Assembly: GCA_964016885.1 (NCBI GenBank)
Contig: OZ024755.1
Coordinates: forward strand, 44,578,001-44,642,000
Length of the DNA: 64,000 bases
Source of the DNA: Eledone cirrhosa
Lineage: Eukaryota
Direction: 5' to 3'
The number at the start of each line of letters is the position of its first letter. The first letter of the stretch is position 1. The notes under the pieces were generated by a model. It did not search any database. It saw nothing but the letters and a program-made list of their open reading frames with translations, and was not told the origin of the DNA. Both the position numbers and the translations under genes were made by a program. This document shows positions 28,284 through 46,200 of this stretch, one piece after another.

Positions 28284-31200
28284 TCAGTTGACAGTACTAC
28301 CATATATTGTGTACCACCGTTGACAATACCAACGTATACTGTGTACCACAGTTGACAGTACCAACGTATACTGTGCACCACAGTTGACAGTACCAACATA
28401 TACTGTGTACCACAGTTGAGAATACCAACATATACTGTGTACCACAGTTGACAATACCAACACATATAGTGTACCACAGTTGACAGTACCAACGTATACT
28501 GTGTACCACAGTTGCCAATGCCAACATATACTGTGTACCACAGTTGAGAGTACCAACATATACTGTGTACCACAGTTGACAGTACCAACATATACTGTGT
28601 ACCACAGTTGACAGTACCAACATATACTGTGTACCACAGTTGACAGTACCAATGTATACTGTGTACCACAGTTGACAGTACCAACATATACTGTGTACCA
28701 CAGTTGACAGTACCAACATATACTGTGTACCCTAGTTGACATTACCAACGTATATCGTGTACCACAGTTGACAGTACCAACATGTACTGTGTACCACAGT
28801 TGACAGTACCAACGTATATTGTGTACCACAGTTGACAGTACCAACGTATACTGTGTACCACAGTTGACAATACCAACATATAACGTGTACCACAGTTGGC
28901 AGTACCATCATATAATGTGTACCACAGTTGACAGTACCAACATATATTGTGTACCACAGTTGACAGTACCAACATACACCGTGTACAATAGTTGACAGTA
29001 CCAACATATACTGTGTACCACAGTTGCGAGTACCAACATAAACTGTGTACCACAGTTGACAGTACCAACATATACTGTGTACCACTGTTGACAGTACCAA
29101 CATATACCGTGTACCACAGTTGACAGTACCAACATATACTGTGTACCACAGCTGACACTACCAACATATACTTGTACTTCAGTTGACAGTACTACCATAT
29201 ATTGTGTACCACCGTTGACAATACCAACGTATACTGCGTACCACAGTTGACAGTACCAACGTATACTGTGCACCACAGTTGACAGTACCAACATATACTG
29301 TGTACCACAGTTGACAATACCAACATATACTGTGTACCACAGTTGACAATACTAACATATACTGTGTACCACAGTTGACAATACCAACACATATAGTGTA
29401 CCACAGTTGACAGTACCAACGTATACTGTGTACCACAGTTGCCAATGCCAACATATACTGTGTACCACAGTTAAGAGTACCAACATATACTGTGTACCAC
29501 AGTTGACAGTACCAACATATACTGTGTACCACAGTTGACAGTACCAACATATACTGTGTACCACAGTTGACAGTACCAATGTATACTGTGTACCACAGTT
29601 GACAGTACCAACATATACTGTGTACCACAGTTGACAGTACCAACATATATTGTGTACCATAGTTGACAGTACCAACATATACTGTGTACCATAGTTGTCA
29701 TTACCAACGTATATTGTGTACCACCGTTGACAGTACCAACATACACCGTGTACAACAGTTGACAGTACCAACATATACTGTGTACCACAGTTGCGAGTAC
29801 CAACATAAACTGTGTACCACAGTTGACAGTACCAACATATACTGTGTACCACAGTTGACAGTACCAACATATACTGTATACCACAGTTGACAGTACCAAC
29901 ATATACTGTGTACCACAGTTGACAGTACCAACATATACTGTGTACCACAGTTGACAGTACCAACATATACTGTGTACCACAGTTGACAGTACTAACGTAT
30001 ACTGTGTACTACAGTTGACAGTACCAACATATACTGTGTACCACAGTTGACAATACCAACATGTACTGTGTACCACAGTTGACAGTACCAACATATACTG
30101 TGTACCACAGTTGACAGTACCAACATATACTGTGTACCATAGTTGACATTACCAACGTATATTGTGTACCACAGTTGACAGTACCAACATATCCTGTGTA
30201 CCTCAGTTGACAGTACCAACATATACTGTATACCACAGTTGACAGTACCAACATATACTGTGTACCACTGTTGACAGTACCAATATATACCGTGTACCAC
30301 AGTTGACAGTACCAACATATACTGTGTACCACAGCTGACACTACCAACATATACTTGTACCTCAGTTGACAGTACTACCATATATTGTGTACCACCGTTG
30401 ACAATACCAACGTATACTGTGTACCACAGTTGAAAGTACCAACGTATACTGTGCACCACATTTGACAGTACCAACATATACTGTGTACCACAGTTGACAA
30501 TACCAACATATACTGTGTACCACAGTTGACAATACCAACACATATAGTGTACCACATTTGACAGTACCAACGTATATTGTGTACCACAGTTGCCAATGCC
30601 AACATATACTGTGTACCACAGTTGAGAGTACCAACATGTACCGTGTACCACAGTTGACAGTACCAACGTATACTGTGTACCACAGTTGACAATACCAACA
30701 TATACTGTGTACCACAGTTGACAGTACCAACATATACTGTGTACCACAGTTGAAAGTACCAACGTATACTGTGTACCACAGTTGACAACACCAACATATA
30801 CTGTGTACCACAGTTGACAGTACCAACATATACTGTATACCACAGTTGACAGTACCAACATATACTGTGTACCACAGTTGACAGTACCAACATATACTGT
30901 GTACCACAGTTGACAGTACCAACATATACTGTATACCACAGTTGACAGTACCAACATATACTGTGTACCACTGTTGACAGTACCAACATATACCGTGTAC
31001 CACAGTTGACAATACCAACATATACTTGTACTTCAGTTGACAGTACTACCATATATTGTGTACCACCGTTGACAATACCAACGTATACTGTGTACCACAG
31101 TTGACAGTACCAACGTATACTGTGCACCACAGTTGACAGTACCAACATATACTGTGTACCACAGTTGACAATACCAACATATACTGTGTACCACAGTTGA

Positions 31201-34200
31201 CAATACCAACACATATAGTGTACCACAGTTGACAGTACCAACGTATACTGTGTACCACAGTTGCCAATGCCAACATATACTGTGTACCACAGTTGAGAGT
31301 ACCAACATATACTGTGTACCACAGTTGACAGTACCAACATATACTGTGTACCACAGTTGACAGTACCAACATATACTGTGTACCACAGTTGACAGTACCA
31401 ATGTATACTGTGTACCACAGTTGACAGTACCAACATATACTGTGTACCACAGTTGACAGTACCAACATATACTGTGTACCCTAGTTGACATTACCAACGT
31501 ATATCGTGTACCACAGTTGACAGTACCAACATGTACTGTGTACCACAGTTGACAGTACCAACGTATACTGTGTACCACAGTTGACAGTACCAACGTATAC
31601 TGTGTACCACAGTTGACAATACCAACATATAACGTGTACCACAGTTGGCAGTACCATCATATACTGTGTACCACAGTTGACATTACCAACATATATTGTG
31701 TACCACAGTTGACAGTACCAACATATACTGTGTACCATAGTTGACATTACCAACGTATATTGTGTACCACAGTTGACAGTACCAACATACACCGTGTACA
31801 ACAGTTGACAGTACCAACATATACTGTGTACCACAGTTGCGAGTACCAACATAAACTGTGTACCACAGTTGACAGTACCAACATATACTGTGTACCACTG
31901 TTGACAGTACCAACATATACCGTGTACCACAGTTGACAGTACCAACATATACTGTGTACCACAGTTGACAGTACCAACATATACTGTGTACCACAGTTGA
32001 CAGTACCAATGTATACTGTGTACCACTGTTGACAGTACCAAAATATACTGTGTACCACAGTTGACAGTACTAACATATACTGTGTACTACAGTTGACAGT
32101 ACCAACATATATTGTGTACCACAGTTGACAGTACTAACATATACTGTGTACTACAGTTGACAGAACCAACATATACTGTGTACCACAGTTGACAGTACCA
32201 ACATGTACTGTGTACCACAGTTGACAGTGCCAACATATACTGTGTACCAGAGTTGACAGTACCAACATATACTGTGTACCACAGTTGACAGTACCAACAT
32301 ATACTGTGTACCACAGTTGACAGTACCAATGTATAATATGTACCACAGTTGACAGTACCAACATATACTGTGTACCACAGTTGACAGTACCAACATATAC
32401 TGTGTACCATAGTTGACATTACCAACGTATATTGTGTTCCACAGTTGACAGTACCAACATGTACTGTGTAACACAGTTGACAGTACCAACGTATACTGTG
32501 TACCACAGTTGACAGTACCAACGTATACTGTGTACCACAGTTGACAGTACCAACATATAACGTGTACCACAGTTGGCAGTACCATCATATACTGTGTACC
32601 ACAGTTGACAGTACCAACATATATTGTGTACCACAGTTGACAGTACCAACATATACTGTGTACCATAGTTGACATTACCAACGTATATTGTGTACCACAG
32701 TTGACAGTACCAACATATCCTGTGTACCTCAGTTGACAGTACCAACATATACTGTATACCACAGTTGACAGTACCAACATATACTGTGTACCACTGTTGA
32801 CAGTACCAATATATACCGTGTACCACAGTTGACAGTACCAACATATACTGTGTACCACAGCTGACACTACCAACATATACTTTTACCTCAGTTGACAGTA
32901 CTACCATATATTGTGTACCACCGTTGACAATACCAACGTATACTGTGTACCACAGTTGACAGTACCAACGTATACTGTGCACCACATTTGACAGTACCAA
33001 CATATACTGTGTACCACAGTTGACAATACCAACATATACTGTGTACCACAGTTGACAATACCAACACATATAGTGTACCACAGTTGACAGTACCAACGTA
33101 TATTGTGTACCACAGTTGCCAATGCCAACATATACTGTGTACCACAGTTGAGAGTACCAACATGTACCGTGTACCACAGTTGACAGTACCAACGTATACT
33201 GTGTACCACAGTTGACAATACCAACATATACTGTGTACCACAGTTGACAGTACCAACATATACTGTGTACCACAGTTGAAAGTACCAACGTATACTGTGT
33301 ACCACAGTTGACAACACCAACATATACTGTGTACCACAGTTGACAGTACCAACATATACTGTATACCACAGTTGACAGTACCAACATATACTGTGTACAA
33401 CAGTTGACAGTACCAACATATACTGTGTACCACAGTTGACAGTACCAACATATACTGTATACCACAGTTGACAGTACCAACATATACTGTGTACCACTGT
33501 TGACAGTACCAACATATACCGTGTACCACAGTTGACAATACCAACATATACTTGTACTTCAGTTGACAGTACTACCATATATTGTGTACCACCGTTGACA
33601 ATACCAACGTATACTGTGTACCACAGTTGACAGTACCAACGTATACTGTGCACCACAGTTGACAGTACCAACATATACTGTGTACCACAGTTGACAATAC
33701 CAACATATACTGTGTACCACAGTTGACAATACCAACACATATAGTGTACCACAGTTGACAGTACCAACGTATACTGTGTACCACAGTTGCCAATGCCAAC
33801 ATATACTGTGTACCACAGTTGAGAGTACCAACATATACTGTGTACCACAGTTGACAGTACCAACATATACTGTGTACCACAGTTGACAGTACCAACATAT
33901 ACTGTGTACCACAGTTGACAGTACCAATGTATACTGTGTACCACAGTTGACAGTACCAACATATACTGTGTACCACAGTTGACAGTACCAACATATACTG
34001 TGTACCCTAGTTGACATTACCAACGTATATCGTGTACCACAGTTGACAGTACCAACATGTACTGTGTACCACAGTTGACAGTACCAACGTATATTGTGTA
34101 CCACAGTTGACAGTACCAACGTATACTGTGTACCACAGTTGACAATACCAACATATAACGTGTACCACAGTTGGCAGTACCATCATATACTGTGTACCAC

Positions 34201-37200
34201 AGTTGACAGTACCAACATATATTGTGTACCACAGTTGACAGTACCAACATATACTGTGTACCATAGTTGACATTACCAACGTATATTGTGTACCACAGTT
34301 GACAGTACCAACATACACCGTGTACAACAGTTGACAGTACCAACATATACTGTGTACCACAGTTGCGAGTACCAACATAAACTGTGTACCACAGTTGACA
34401 GTACCAACATATACTGTGTACCACTGTTGACAGTACCAACATATACCGTGTACCACAGTTGACAGTACCAACATATACTGTGTACCACAGCTGACACTAC
34501 CAACATATACTTGTACTTCAGTTGACAGTACTACCATATATTGTGTACCACCGTTGACAATACCAACGTATACTGCGTACCACAGTTGACAGTACCAACG
34601 TATACTGTGCACCACAGTTGACAGTACCAACATATACTGTGTACCACAGTTGACAATACCAACATATACTGTGTACCACAGTTGACAATACCAACATATA
34701 CTGTGTACCACAGTTGACAATACCAACACATATAGTGTACCACAGTTGACAGTACCAACGTATACTGTGTACCACAGTTGCCAATGCCAACATATACTGT
34801 GTACCACAGTTGAGAGTACCAACATATACTGTGTACCACAGTTGACAGTACCAACATATACTGTGTACCACAGTTGTCATTACCAACATATACTGTGTAC
34901 CACAGTTGACAGTACCAATGTATACTGTGTACCACAGTTGACAGTACCAACATATACTGTGTACCACAGTTGACAGTACCAACATATATTGTGTACCATA
35001 GTTGACAGTACCAACATATACTGTGTACCATAGTTGACATTACCAACGTATATTGTGTACCACAGTTGACAGTACCAACATACACCGTGTACAACAGTTG
35101 ACAGTACCAACATATACTGTGTACCACAGTTGCGAGTACCAACATAAACTGTGTACCACAGTTGACAGTACCAACATATACTGTGTACCACAGTTGACAG
35201 TACCAACATATACTGTATACCACAGTTGACAGTACCAACATATACTGTGTACCACAGTTGACAGTACCAACATATACTGTGTACCACAGTTGACAGTACC
35301 AACATATACTGTGTACCACAGTTGACAGTACTAACGTATACTGTGTACTACAGTTGACAGTACCAACATATACTGTGTACCACAGTTGACAGTACCAACA
35401 TGTACTGTGTACCACAGTTGACAGTACCAACATATACTGTGTACCACAGTTGGCAGTACCAACATATACAGTGTACCACAGTTGACAGTACCAACATATA
35501 CTGTGTACCACATTTGACAGTACCAACATATACTGTGTACCACAGTTGACAGTACCAACATGTACCGTGAACCACAGTTGACAGTACCAACATATACTGT
35601 GTACCACAGTTGAGAGTACCAACGTATAGTATGTACCACAGTTGACAGTACCAACATATACTGTGTACCACAGCTGACAGTACCAACATATACTGTGTAC
35701 CACAGTTCACAGTACCAAAGTATACTGTGTATTGTACCACATTTGACAGTACCAACTTATACTGTGTACCACAGTTGACAGTACCAACATATACTGTGTA
35801 CCACTGTTGACAGTACCAACATATACCGTGTACCACATTTGACAGTACCAACATATACTGTGTACCACTGTTGACAGTACCAACATATACTGTGTACCAC
35901 AGTTGACAGTGCCAACATGTACCGTGTAACACAGTTGACAGTAGCAACGTAAACTGTGTACCACAGTTGACAATACCAACATATACTGTGTACCACAGTT
36001 GACAGTACCAACATATATAGTGTACCTCAGTTAACAGTACCCACATATACTGTGTACCACAGTTGACAGTACCAACATATACTGTGTACCACAGTTGACA
36101 GTATAAACATATACTGTGTACCACAGTTGACAGTACCATCATATACTGTGTACCACAGTTAACAGTACCAACATATACTGTGTACCACAGTTGACAGTAC
36201 CAATGTATACTGTCTACCACAGTTGACAGTACCAACATATACTGTGTACCACAGTTGACAGTACCAACATATACAGTGTACCACAGTTGACAGTACCAAC
36301 ATATACTGTGTACCACAGTTGACAGTACCAACATATACTGTGTACCACAGCTGACACTACCAACATATACTTGTACCTCAGTTGACAGTACTAACATATA
36401 CTATGTACCACAGTTGACAGTACCAACATATACTGTGTACCACAGTTGACAGTACCAACATATACTGTGTACCACAGTTGACAGTACCAACATATACTCG
36501 GTGCCACTTTTCACAGTACCAACATATACTGTGTACCACAGTTGACAATACCAACGTATACTGTGTACCAGATTTGACAGTACCAACGTATATTGTGTAC
36601 CACAGTTGACAATGCCATCATATAGTGTGTACCACATTTGACAGTACCAACATATACTGTGTACCACATTTGACAGTACCAACGTATACTGTGTACCACA
36701 GTTGACAGTACCAACGTATACTGTGTACCACAGTTGACAGTACCAATATATACTGTGTAACACAGTTGACAATACCAACATATAATGTGTACCACAGTTG
36801 ATAGTACCAACGTATACTGTGAACCACTGTTGGCAATACCAACATATACTGTGTACTACAGTTGACAGAACCAACATATACAGTGTACCACAGTTGACAG
36901 TACCAACATATACTGTGTACCACAGTTGACAGTACCAACATATACTGTGTACCACAGTTGACAGAACCAACATGTACCGTGAACCACAGTTGACAGTACC
37001 AACGTATACTGTGTACCACAGTTGAGAGTACCAACGTATAGTGTAACCACAGTTGACAGTACCAACATATACTGTGTACCACAGTTGACAGTACCAACAT
37101 ATACTGTGTACCACAGTTCACAGTACCAACGTATACTGTGTACCACATTTGACAGTACCAACATATACTGTGTACCACAGTTGACAGTACCAACATATAC

Positions 37201-40200
37201 TGTGTACCACTTTTGACAGTACCAACATATACCGTGTATCACATTTGACAGTACCAACATATACTGTGTACCACTGTTGACAGTACCAACATATACTGTG
37301 TACCACAGTTGACAGTACCAACATATACCGTGTACCACAGTTGACAGTACCAACATATACTGTGTACCACAGTTGACAGTACCAACATATACTGTGTACC
37401 ACAGTTGACAGTACCAATGTATACTGTGTACCACTGTTGACAGTACCAAAATATACTGTGTACCACAGTTGACAGTACTAACATATACTGTGTACTACAG
37501 TTGACAGTACCAACATATATTGTGTACCACAGTTGACAGTACTAACATATACTGTGTACTACAGTTGACAGAACCAACATATACTGTGTACCACAGTTGA
37601 CAGTACCAACATGTACTGTGTACCACAGTTGACAGTGCCAACATATACTGTGTACCAGAGTTGACAGTACCAACATATACTGTGTACCACAGTTGACAGT
37701 ACCAACATATACTGTGTACCACAGTTGACAGTACCAATGTATAATATGTACCACAGTTGACAGTACCAACATATACTGTGTACCACAGTTGACAGTACCA
37801 ACATATACTGTGTACCATAGTTGACATTACCAACGTATATTGTGTTCCACAGTTGACAGTACCAACATGTACTGTGTACCACAGTTGACAGTACCAACGT
37901 ATACTGTGTACCACAGTTGACAATACCAACATATACTGTGTACCACAGTTGACAATACCAACACATATAGTGTACCACAGTTGACAGTACCAACGTATAT
38001 TGTGTACCACAGTTGCCAATGCCAACATATACTGTGTACCACAGTTGAGAGTACCAACATGTACCGTGTACCACAGTTGACAGTACCAACGTATACTGTG
38101 TACCACAGTTGACAATACCAACATATACTGTGTACCACAGTTGACAGTACCAACATATACTGTGTACCACAGTTGAAAGTACCAACGTATACTGTGTACC
38201 ACAGTTGACAACACCAACATATACTGTGTACCACAGTTGACAGTACCAACATATACTGTATACCACAGTTGACAGTACCAACATATACTGTGTACCACAG
38301 TTGACAGTACCAACATATACTGTGTACCACAGTTGACAGTACCAACATATACTGTATACCACAGTTGACAGTACCAACATATACTGTGTACCACTGTTGA
38401 CAGTACCAACATATACCGTGTACCACAGTTGACAATACCAACATATACTTGTACTTCAGTTGACAGTACTACCATATATTGTGTACCACCGTTGACAATA
38501 CCAACGTATACTGTGTACCACAGTTGACAGTACCAACGTATACTGTGCACCACAGTTGACAGTACCAACATATACTGTGTACCACAGTTGACAATACCAA
38601 CATATACTGTGTACCACAGTTGACAATACCAACACATATAGTGTACCACAGTTGACAGTACCAACGTATACTGTGTACCACAGTTGCCAATGCCAACATA
38701 TACTGTGTACCACAGTTGAGAGTACCAACATATACTGTGTACCACAGTTGACAGTACCAACATATACTGTGTACCACAGTTGACAGTACCAACATATACT
38801 GTGTACCACAGTTGACAGTACCAATGTATACTGTGTACCACAGTTGACAGTACCAACATATACTGTGTACCACAGTTGACAGTACCAACATATACTGTGT
38901 ACCCTAGTTGACATTACCAACGTATATCGTGTACCACAGTTGACAGTACCAACATGTACTGTGTACCACAGTTGACAGTACCAACGTATATTGTGTACCA
39001 CAGTTGACAGTACCAACGTATACTGTGTACCACAGTTGACAATACCAACATATAACGTGTACCACAGTTGGCAGTACCATCATATACTGTGTACCACAGT
39101 TGACAGTACCAACATATATTGTGTACCACAGTTGACAGTACCAACATATACTGTGTACCATAGTTGACATTACCAACGTATATTGTGTACCACAGTTGAC
39201 AGTACCAACATACACCGTGTACAACAGTTGACAGTACCAACATATACTGTGTACCACAGTTGCGAGTACCAACATAAACTGTGTACCACAGTTGACAGTA
39301 CCAACATATACTGTGTACCACTGTTGACAGTACCAACATATACCGTGTACCACAGTTGACAGTACCAACATATACTGTGTACCACAGCTGACACTACCAA
39401 CATATACTTGTACTTCAGTTGACAGTACTACCATATATTGTGTACCACCGTTGACAATACCAACGTATACTGCGTACCACAGTTGACAGTACCAACGTAT
39501 ACTGTGCACCACAGTTGACAGTACCAACATATACTGTGTACCACAGTTGACAATACCAACATATACTGTGTACCACAGTTGACAATACCAACATATACTG
39601 TGTACCACAGTTGACAATACCAACACATATAGTGTACCACAGTTGACAGTACCAACGTATACTGTGTACCACAGTTGCCAATGCCAACATATACTGTGTA
39701 CCACAGTTGAGAGTACCAACATATACTGTGTACCACAGTTGACAGTACCAACATATACTGTGTACCACAGTTGACAGTACCAACATATACTGTGTACCAC
39801 AGTTGACAGTACCAATGTATACTGTGTACCACAGTTGACAGTACCAACATATACTGTGTACCACAGTTGACAGTACCAACATATATTGTGTACCATAGTT
39901 GACAGTACCAACATATACTGTGTACCATAGTTGACATTACCAACGTATATTGTGTACCACAGTTGACAGTACCAACATACACCGTGTACAACAGTTGACA
40001 GTACCAACATATACTGTGTACCACAGTTGCGAGTACCAACATAAACTGTGTACCACAGTTGACAGTACCAACATATACTGTGTACCACAGTTGACAGTAC
40101 CAACATATACTGTATACCACAGTTGACAGTACCAACATATACTGTGTACCACAGTTGACAGTACCAACATATACTGTGTACCACAGTTGACAGTACCAAC

Positions 40201-43200
40201 ATATACTGTGTACCACAGTTGACAGTACTAACGTATACTGTGTACTACAGTTGACAGTACCAACATATACTGTGTACCACAGTTGACAGTACCAACATGT
40301 ACTGTGTACCACAGTTGACAGTACCAACATATACTGTGTACCACAGTTGGCAGTACCAACATATACAGTGTACCACAGTTGACAGTACCAACATATACTG
40401 TGTACCACATTTGACAGTACCAACATATACTGTGTACCACAGTTGACAGTACCAACATGTACCGTGAACCACAGTTGACAGTACCAACATATACTGTGTA
40501 CCACAGTTGAGAGTACCAACGTATAGTATGTACCACAGTTGACAGTACCAACATATACTGTGTACCACAGCTGACAGTACCAACATATACTGTGTACCAC
40601 AGTTCACAGTACCAAAGTATACTGTGTATTGTACCACATTTGACAGTACCAACTTATACTGTGTACCACTGTTGACAGTACCAACATATACTGTGTACCA
40701 CAGTTGACAGTGCCAACATGTACCGTGTAACACAGTTGACAGTAGCAACGTATACTGTGTACCACAGTTGACAATACCAACATATACTGTGTACCACAGT
40801 TGACAGTACCAACATATACTGTGTACCTCAGTTAACAGTACCCACATATACTGTGTACCACAGTTGACAGTACCAACATATACTGTGTACCACAGTTGAC
40901 AGTATAAACATATACTGTGTACCACAGTTGACAGTACCATCATATACTGTGTACCACAGTTAACAGTACCAACATATACTGTGTACCACAGTTGACAGTA
41001 CCAACGTATACTGTCTACCACAGTTGACAGTACCAACATATACTGTGTACCACAGTTGACAGTACCAACATATACAGTGTACCACAGTTGACAGTACCAA
41101 CATATACTGTGTACCACAGTTGACAGTACCAACATATACTGTGTACCACAGCTGACACTACCAACATATACTTGTACCTCAGTTGACAGTACTAACATAT
41201 ACTATGTACCACAGTTGACAGTACCAACATATACTGTGTACCACAGTTGACAGTACCAACATATACTGTGTACCACAGTTGACAGTACCAACAAATACTC
41301 GGTGCCACTTTTCACAGTACCAACATATACTGTGTACCACAGTTGACAATACCAACGTATACTGTGTACCAGATTTGACAGTACCAACGTATATTGTGTA
41401 CCACAGTTGACAATGCCATCATATAGTGTGTACCACATTTGACAGTACCAACATATACTGTGTACCACAGTTGACAGTACCAACGTATACTGTGTACCAC
41501 AGTTGACAGTACCAACGTATACTGTGTACCACAGTTGACAGTACCAATATATACTGTGTAACACAGTTGACAATACCAACATATAATGTGTACCACAGTT
41601 GATAGTACCAACGTATACTGTGAACCACTGTTGGCAATACCAACATATACTGTGTACTACAGTTGACAGAACCAACATATACAGTGTACCACAGTTGACA
41701 GTACCAACATATACTGTGTACCACAGTTGACAGTACCAACATATACTGTGTACCACAGTTGACAGAACCAACATGTACCGTGAACCACAGTTGACAGTAC
41801 CAACGTATACTGTGTACCACAGTTGAGAGTACCAACGTATAGTGTAACCACAGTTGACAGTACCAACATATACTGTGTACCACAGTTGACAGTACCAACA
41901 TATACTGTGTACCACAGTTCACAGTACCAACGTATACTGTGTACCACATTTGACAGTACCAACATATACTGTGTACCACAGTTGACAGTACCAACATATA
42001 CTGTGTACCACTTTTGACAGTACCAACATATACCGTGTATCACATTTGACAGTACCAACATATACTGTGTACCACTGTTGACAGTACCAACATATACTGT
42101 GTACCACAGTTGACAGTACCAACATGTACCGTGTACCACAGTTGACAGTACCAACGTATACTGTGTACCACAGTTGACAATACCAACATATACTGTGTAC
42201 CACAGTTGACAGTACCAACATATACTGTGTACCACAGTTGAAAGTACCAACGTATACTGTGTACCACAGTTGACAACACCAACATATACTGTGTACCACA
42301 GTTGACAGTACCAACATATACTGTATACCACAGTTGACAGTACCAACATATACTGTGTACCACAGTTGACAGTACCAACATATACTGTGTACCACAGTTG
42401 ACAGTACCAACATATACTGTATACCACAGTTGACAGTACCAACATATACTGTGTACCACTGTTGACAGTACCAACATATACAGTATACCACAGTTGACAT
42501 TACCAACATATACTGTGTACCACAGCTGACACTACCAACATATACTTGTACCTCAGTTGACAGTACTACCATATATTGTGTACCACCGTTGACAATACCA
42601 ACGTATACTGTGTACCACAATTGACAGTACCAACGTATACTGTGCACCACAGTTGACAGTACCAACATATACTGTGTACCACAGTTGACAATACCAACAC
42701 ATATAGTGTACCACAGGTGACAGTACCAACGTATACTGTGTACCACAGTTGCCAATGCCAACATATACTGTGTACCACAGTTGAGAGTACCAACATGTAC
42801 CGTGTACCACAGTTGACAGTACCAACGTATACTGTGTACCACAGTTGACAGTACCAACGTATACTGTTTACCACAGTTGACAATACCAACATATACTGTG
42901 TACCAGAGTTGACAGTACCCACATATACTGTGTACCACAGTTGACAGTTCCAACATATATGGTGTACCACTGTTGATACTACCGACATATACTGTGTAGC
43001 ACAGTTGACAGTACTAACATATACTGTGTACCACAGTTGAGAGTACCACCATATACTGGGTACCACTTTTGACAGTACCAACATATACTGTGTACCACAG
43101 TTGACAGTACCAACATATACTGTGTACCATAGTTGACAGTACCAACATAAACCTGTGTACCTCAGTTGTCAGTACCAACATATACTGTATACCACAGTTG

Positions 43201-46200
43201 ACAGTACCAACATATACTGTGTACCACTGTTGACAGTACCAACATATACCGTGTACCACAGTTGACAGTACCAACATATACTGTGTACCACAGTTGACAC
43301 TACCAACATATACTTGTACCTCAATTGACAGTACTACCATATATTGTGTACCACCGTTGACAATACCAACGTATACTGTGTACCACAGTTGACAGTACCA
43401 ACGTATACTGTGCACCACAGTTGACAGTACCAACATATACTGTGTACCTCAGTTGACAATACCAACATATATTGTGTACCACAGTTGACAATACCAACAC
43501 ATATAGTGTACCACAGTTGACAGTACCAACGTATACTGTGTACCACAGTTGAGAGTACCAACATGTACCGTGTACCACAGTTGACACTACCAACGTATAC
43601 TGTGTACCACAGTTGACAATACCAACATATACTGTGTACCACAGTTGACAGTACCAACATATACTGTGTACCACAGTTGAAAGTACCAACGTATACTGTG
43701 TACCACAGTTGACAACACCAACATATACTGTGTACCACAGTTGACAGTACCAACATATACTGTATACCACAGTTGACAGTACCAACATATACTGTGTACC
43801 ACAGTTGACAGTACCAACATATACTGTGTACCACAGTTGACAGTACCAACATATACTGTATACCACAGTTGACAGTACCAACATATACTGTGTACCACTG
43901 TTGACAGTACCAACATATACCGTGTACCACAGTTGACAGTACCAACATATACTGTGTACCACAGCTGACACTACCAACATATACTTGTACCTCAGTTGAC
44001 AGTACTACCATATATTGTGTACCACCGTTGACAATACCAACGTATACTGTGTACCACAGTTGACAGTACCAACGTATACTGTGCACCACAGTTGACAGTA
44101 CCAAAATATACTGTGTACCACAGTTGACAATACCAACATATACTGTGTACCACAGTTGACAGTACCAACACATATAGTGTACCACAGTTGACAGTACCAA
44201 CGTATACTGTGTACCCCAGTTGCCAATGCCAACATATACTGTGTACCACAGTTGAGAGTACCAACATATACTGTGTACCACAGTTGACAGTACCAACATA
44301 TACTGTGTACCACAGTTGACAGTACCAACATATACTGTGTACCACAGTTGACAGTACCAATGTATAATGTGTACCACAGTTGACAGTACCAACATATACT
44401 GTGTACCACAGTTGACAGTACCAACATATACTGTGTACCATAGTTGACATTACCAACGTATATTGTGTTCCACAGTTGACAGTACCAACATGTACTGTGT
44501 ACCACAGTTGACAGTACCAACGTATACTGTGTACCACAGTTGACAGTACCAACGTATACTGTGTACCACAGTTGACAGTACCAACATATAACGTGTACCA
44601 CAGTTGGCTGTACCATCATATACTGTGTACCACAGTTGACAGTACCAACATATATTGTGTACCACAGTTGACAGTACCAACATATACTGTGTACCACAGT
44701 TGACAATACCAACATATACTGTGTACCACAGTTGAAAATACCAACACATATAGTGTACCACAGTTGACAGTACCAACGTATATTGTGTACCACAGTTGCC
44801 AATGCCAACATATACTGTGTACCACAGTTGAGAGTACCAACATGTACCGTGTACCACAGTTGACAGTACCAACGTATACTGTGTACCACAGTTGACAATA
44901 CCAACATATACTGTGTACCACAGTTGACAGTACCAACATATACTGTATACCACAGTTGACAGTACCAACATATACTGTGTACCACAGTTGACAGTACCAA
45001 CATATACTGTGTACCACAGTTGACAGTACAAACATATACTGTATACCACAGTCGACAGTACCAACATATACTGTGTACCAGTGTTGACAGTACCAACATA
45101 TACTGTGTACCACAGTTGACAGTACCAACATATACTGTGTACCACAGCTGACACTACCAAAATATACTTGTACCTCAGTTGACAGTACTAACATATATTG
45201 TGTACCACTGTTGACAGTACCAACGTATACTGTGTACCACAGTTGCCAATGCCAACATATACTGTGTACCACAGTTGACAGTACCAACATATACTGTGAA
45301 CCACAGTTGACAGTATCAACATATACTGTGTACCACAGTTGACAGTACCAATGTATACTGTGTACTACTGTTGACAGTACCAAAATATACTGTGTACCAC
45401 AGTTGAAAGTACCAACGTATACTGTGTACCACAGTTGACAGTACCAACATATACTGTGTACCACAGTTAACAGTACCAACATATACTGTGTACCACAGTT
45501 GACAGTACTAACATATAATGTGTACCACAGTTGGCAGTACCAACATATACTGTGTACCTCAGATGACAGTACCAACATATACTGTGTACCACAATTGACA
45601 ATACCAACATATACTATGTACCACAGTTGACAGTACCAACATATACTGTGTACCACAGTTGACAGTACCAACATATACTGTGTACCACAGTTGACAGTAC
45701 CAACATATACTGTGTACCTCAGTTAACAGTACCCACATATACTGTGTACCACAGTTGACAGTACCAAAATATACTGTGTACCACAGCTGACATTACCAAC
45801 ATATACTTGTAACTCTGTTGACAGTACTAACATATACTGTGTACCACAGTTGACTGTACCAACGTATACTGTGTACCACAGTTGACAGTACCAACATATA
45901 CTGTGTACCACAGTTCACAGTACCAACATATACAGTGTACCACAATTGACAGTACCAACATATACTGTGTACCACAGTTGACAGTACCAACATGTACCGT
46001 GTACCACATTTGACAGTACCAACGTATACAGTGTACGACAGTTGACAATACCAACATATACTGTGTACCACGGTTGACAGTACCAACATATACTGTATAC
46101 CACAGTTGACAGTACCAACATATACAGTGTACCAGAGTTGACAGTACCAACATATACTGTGTACCATAGTTGACAGTACCAACATAAACCTGTGTACCTC

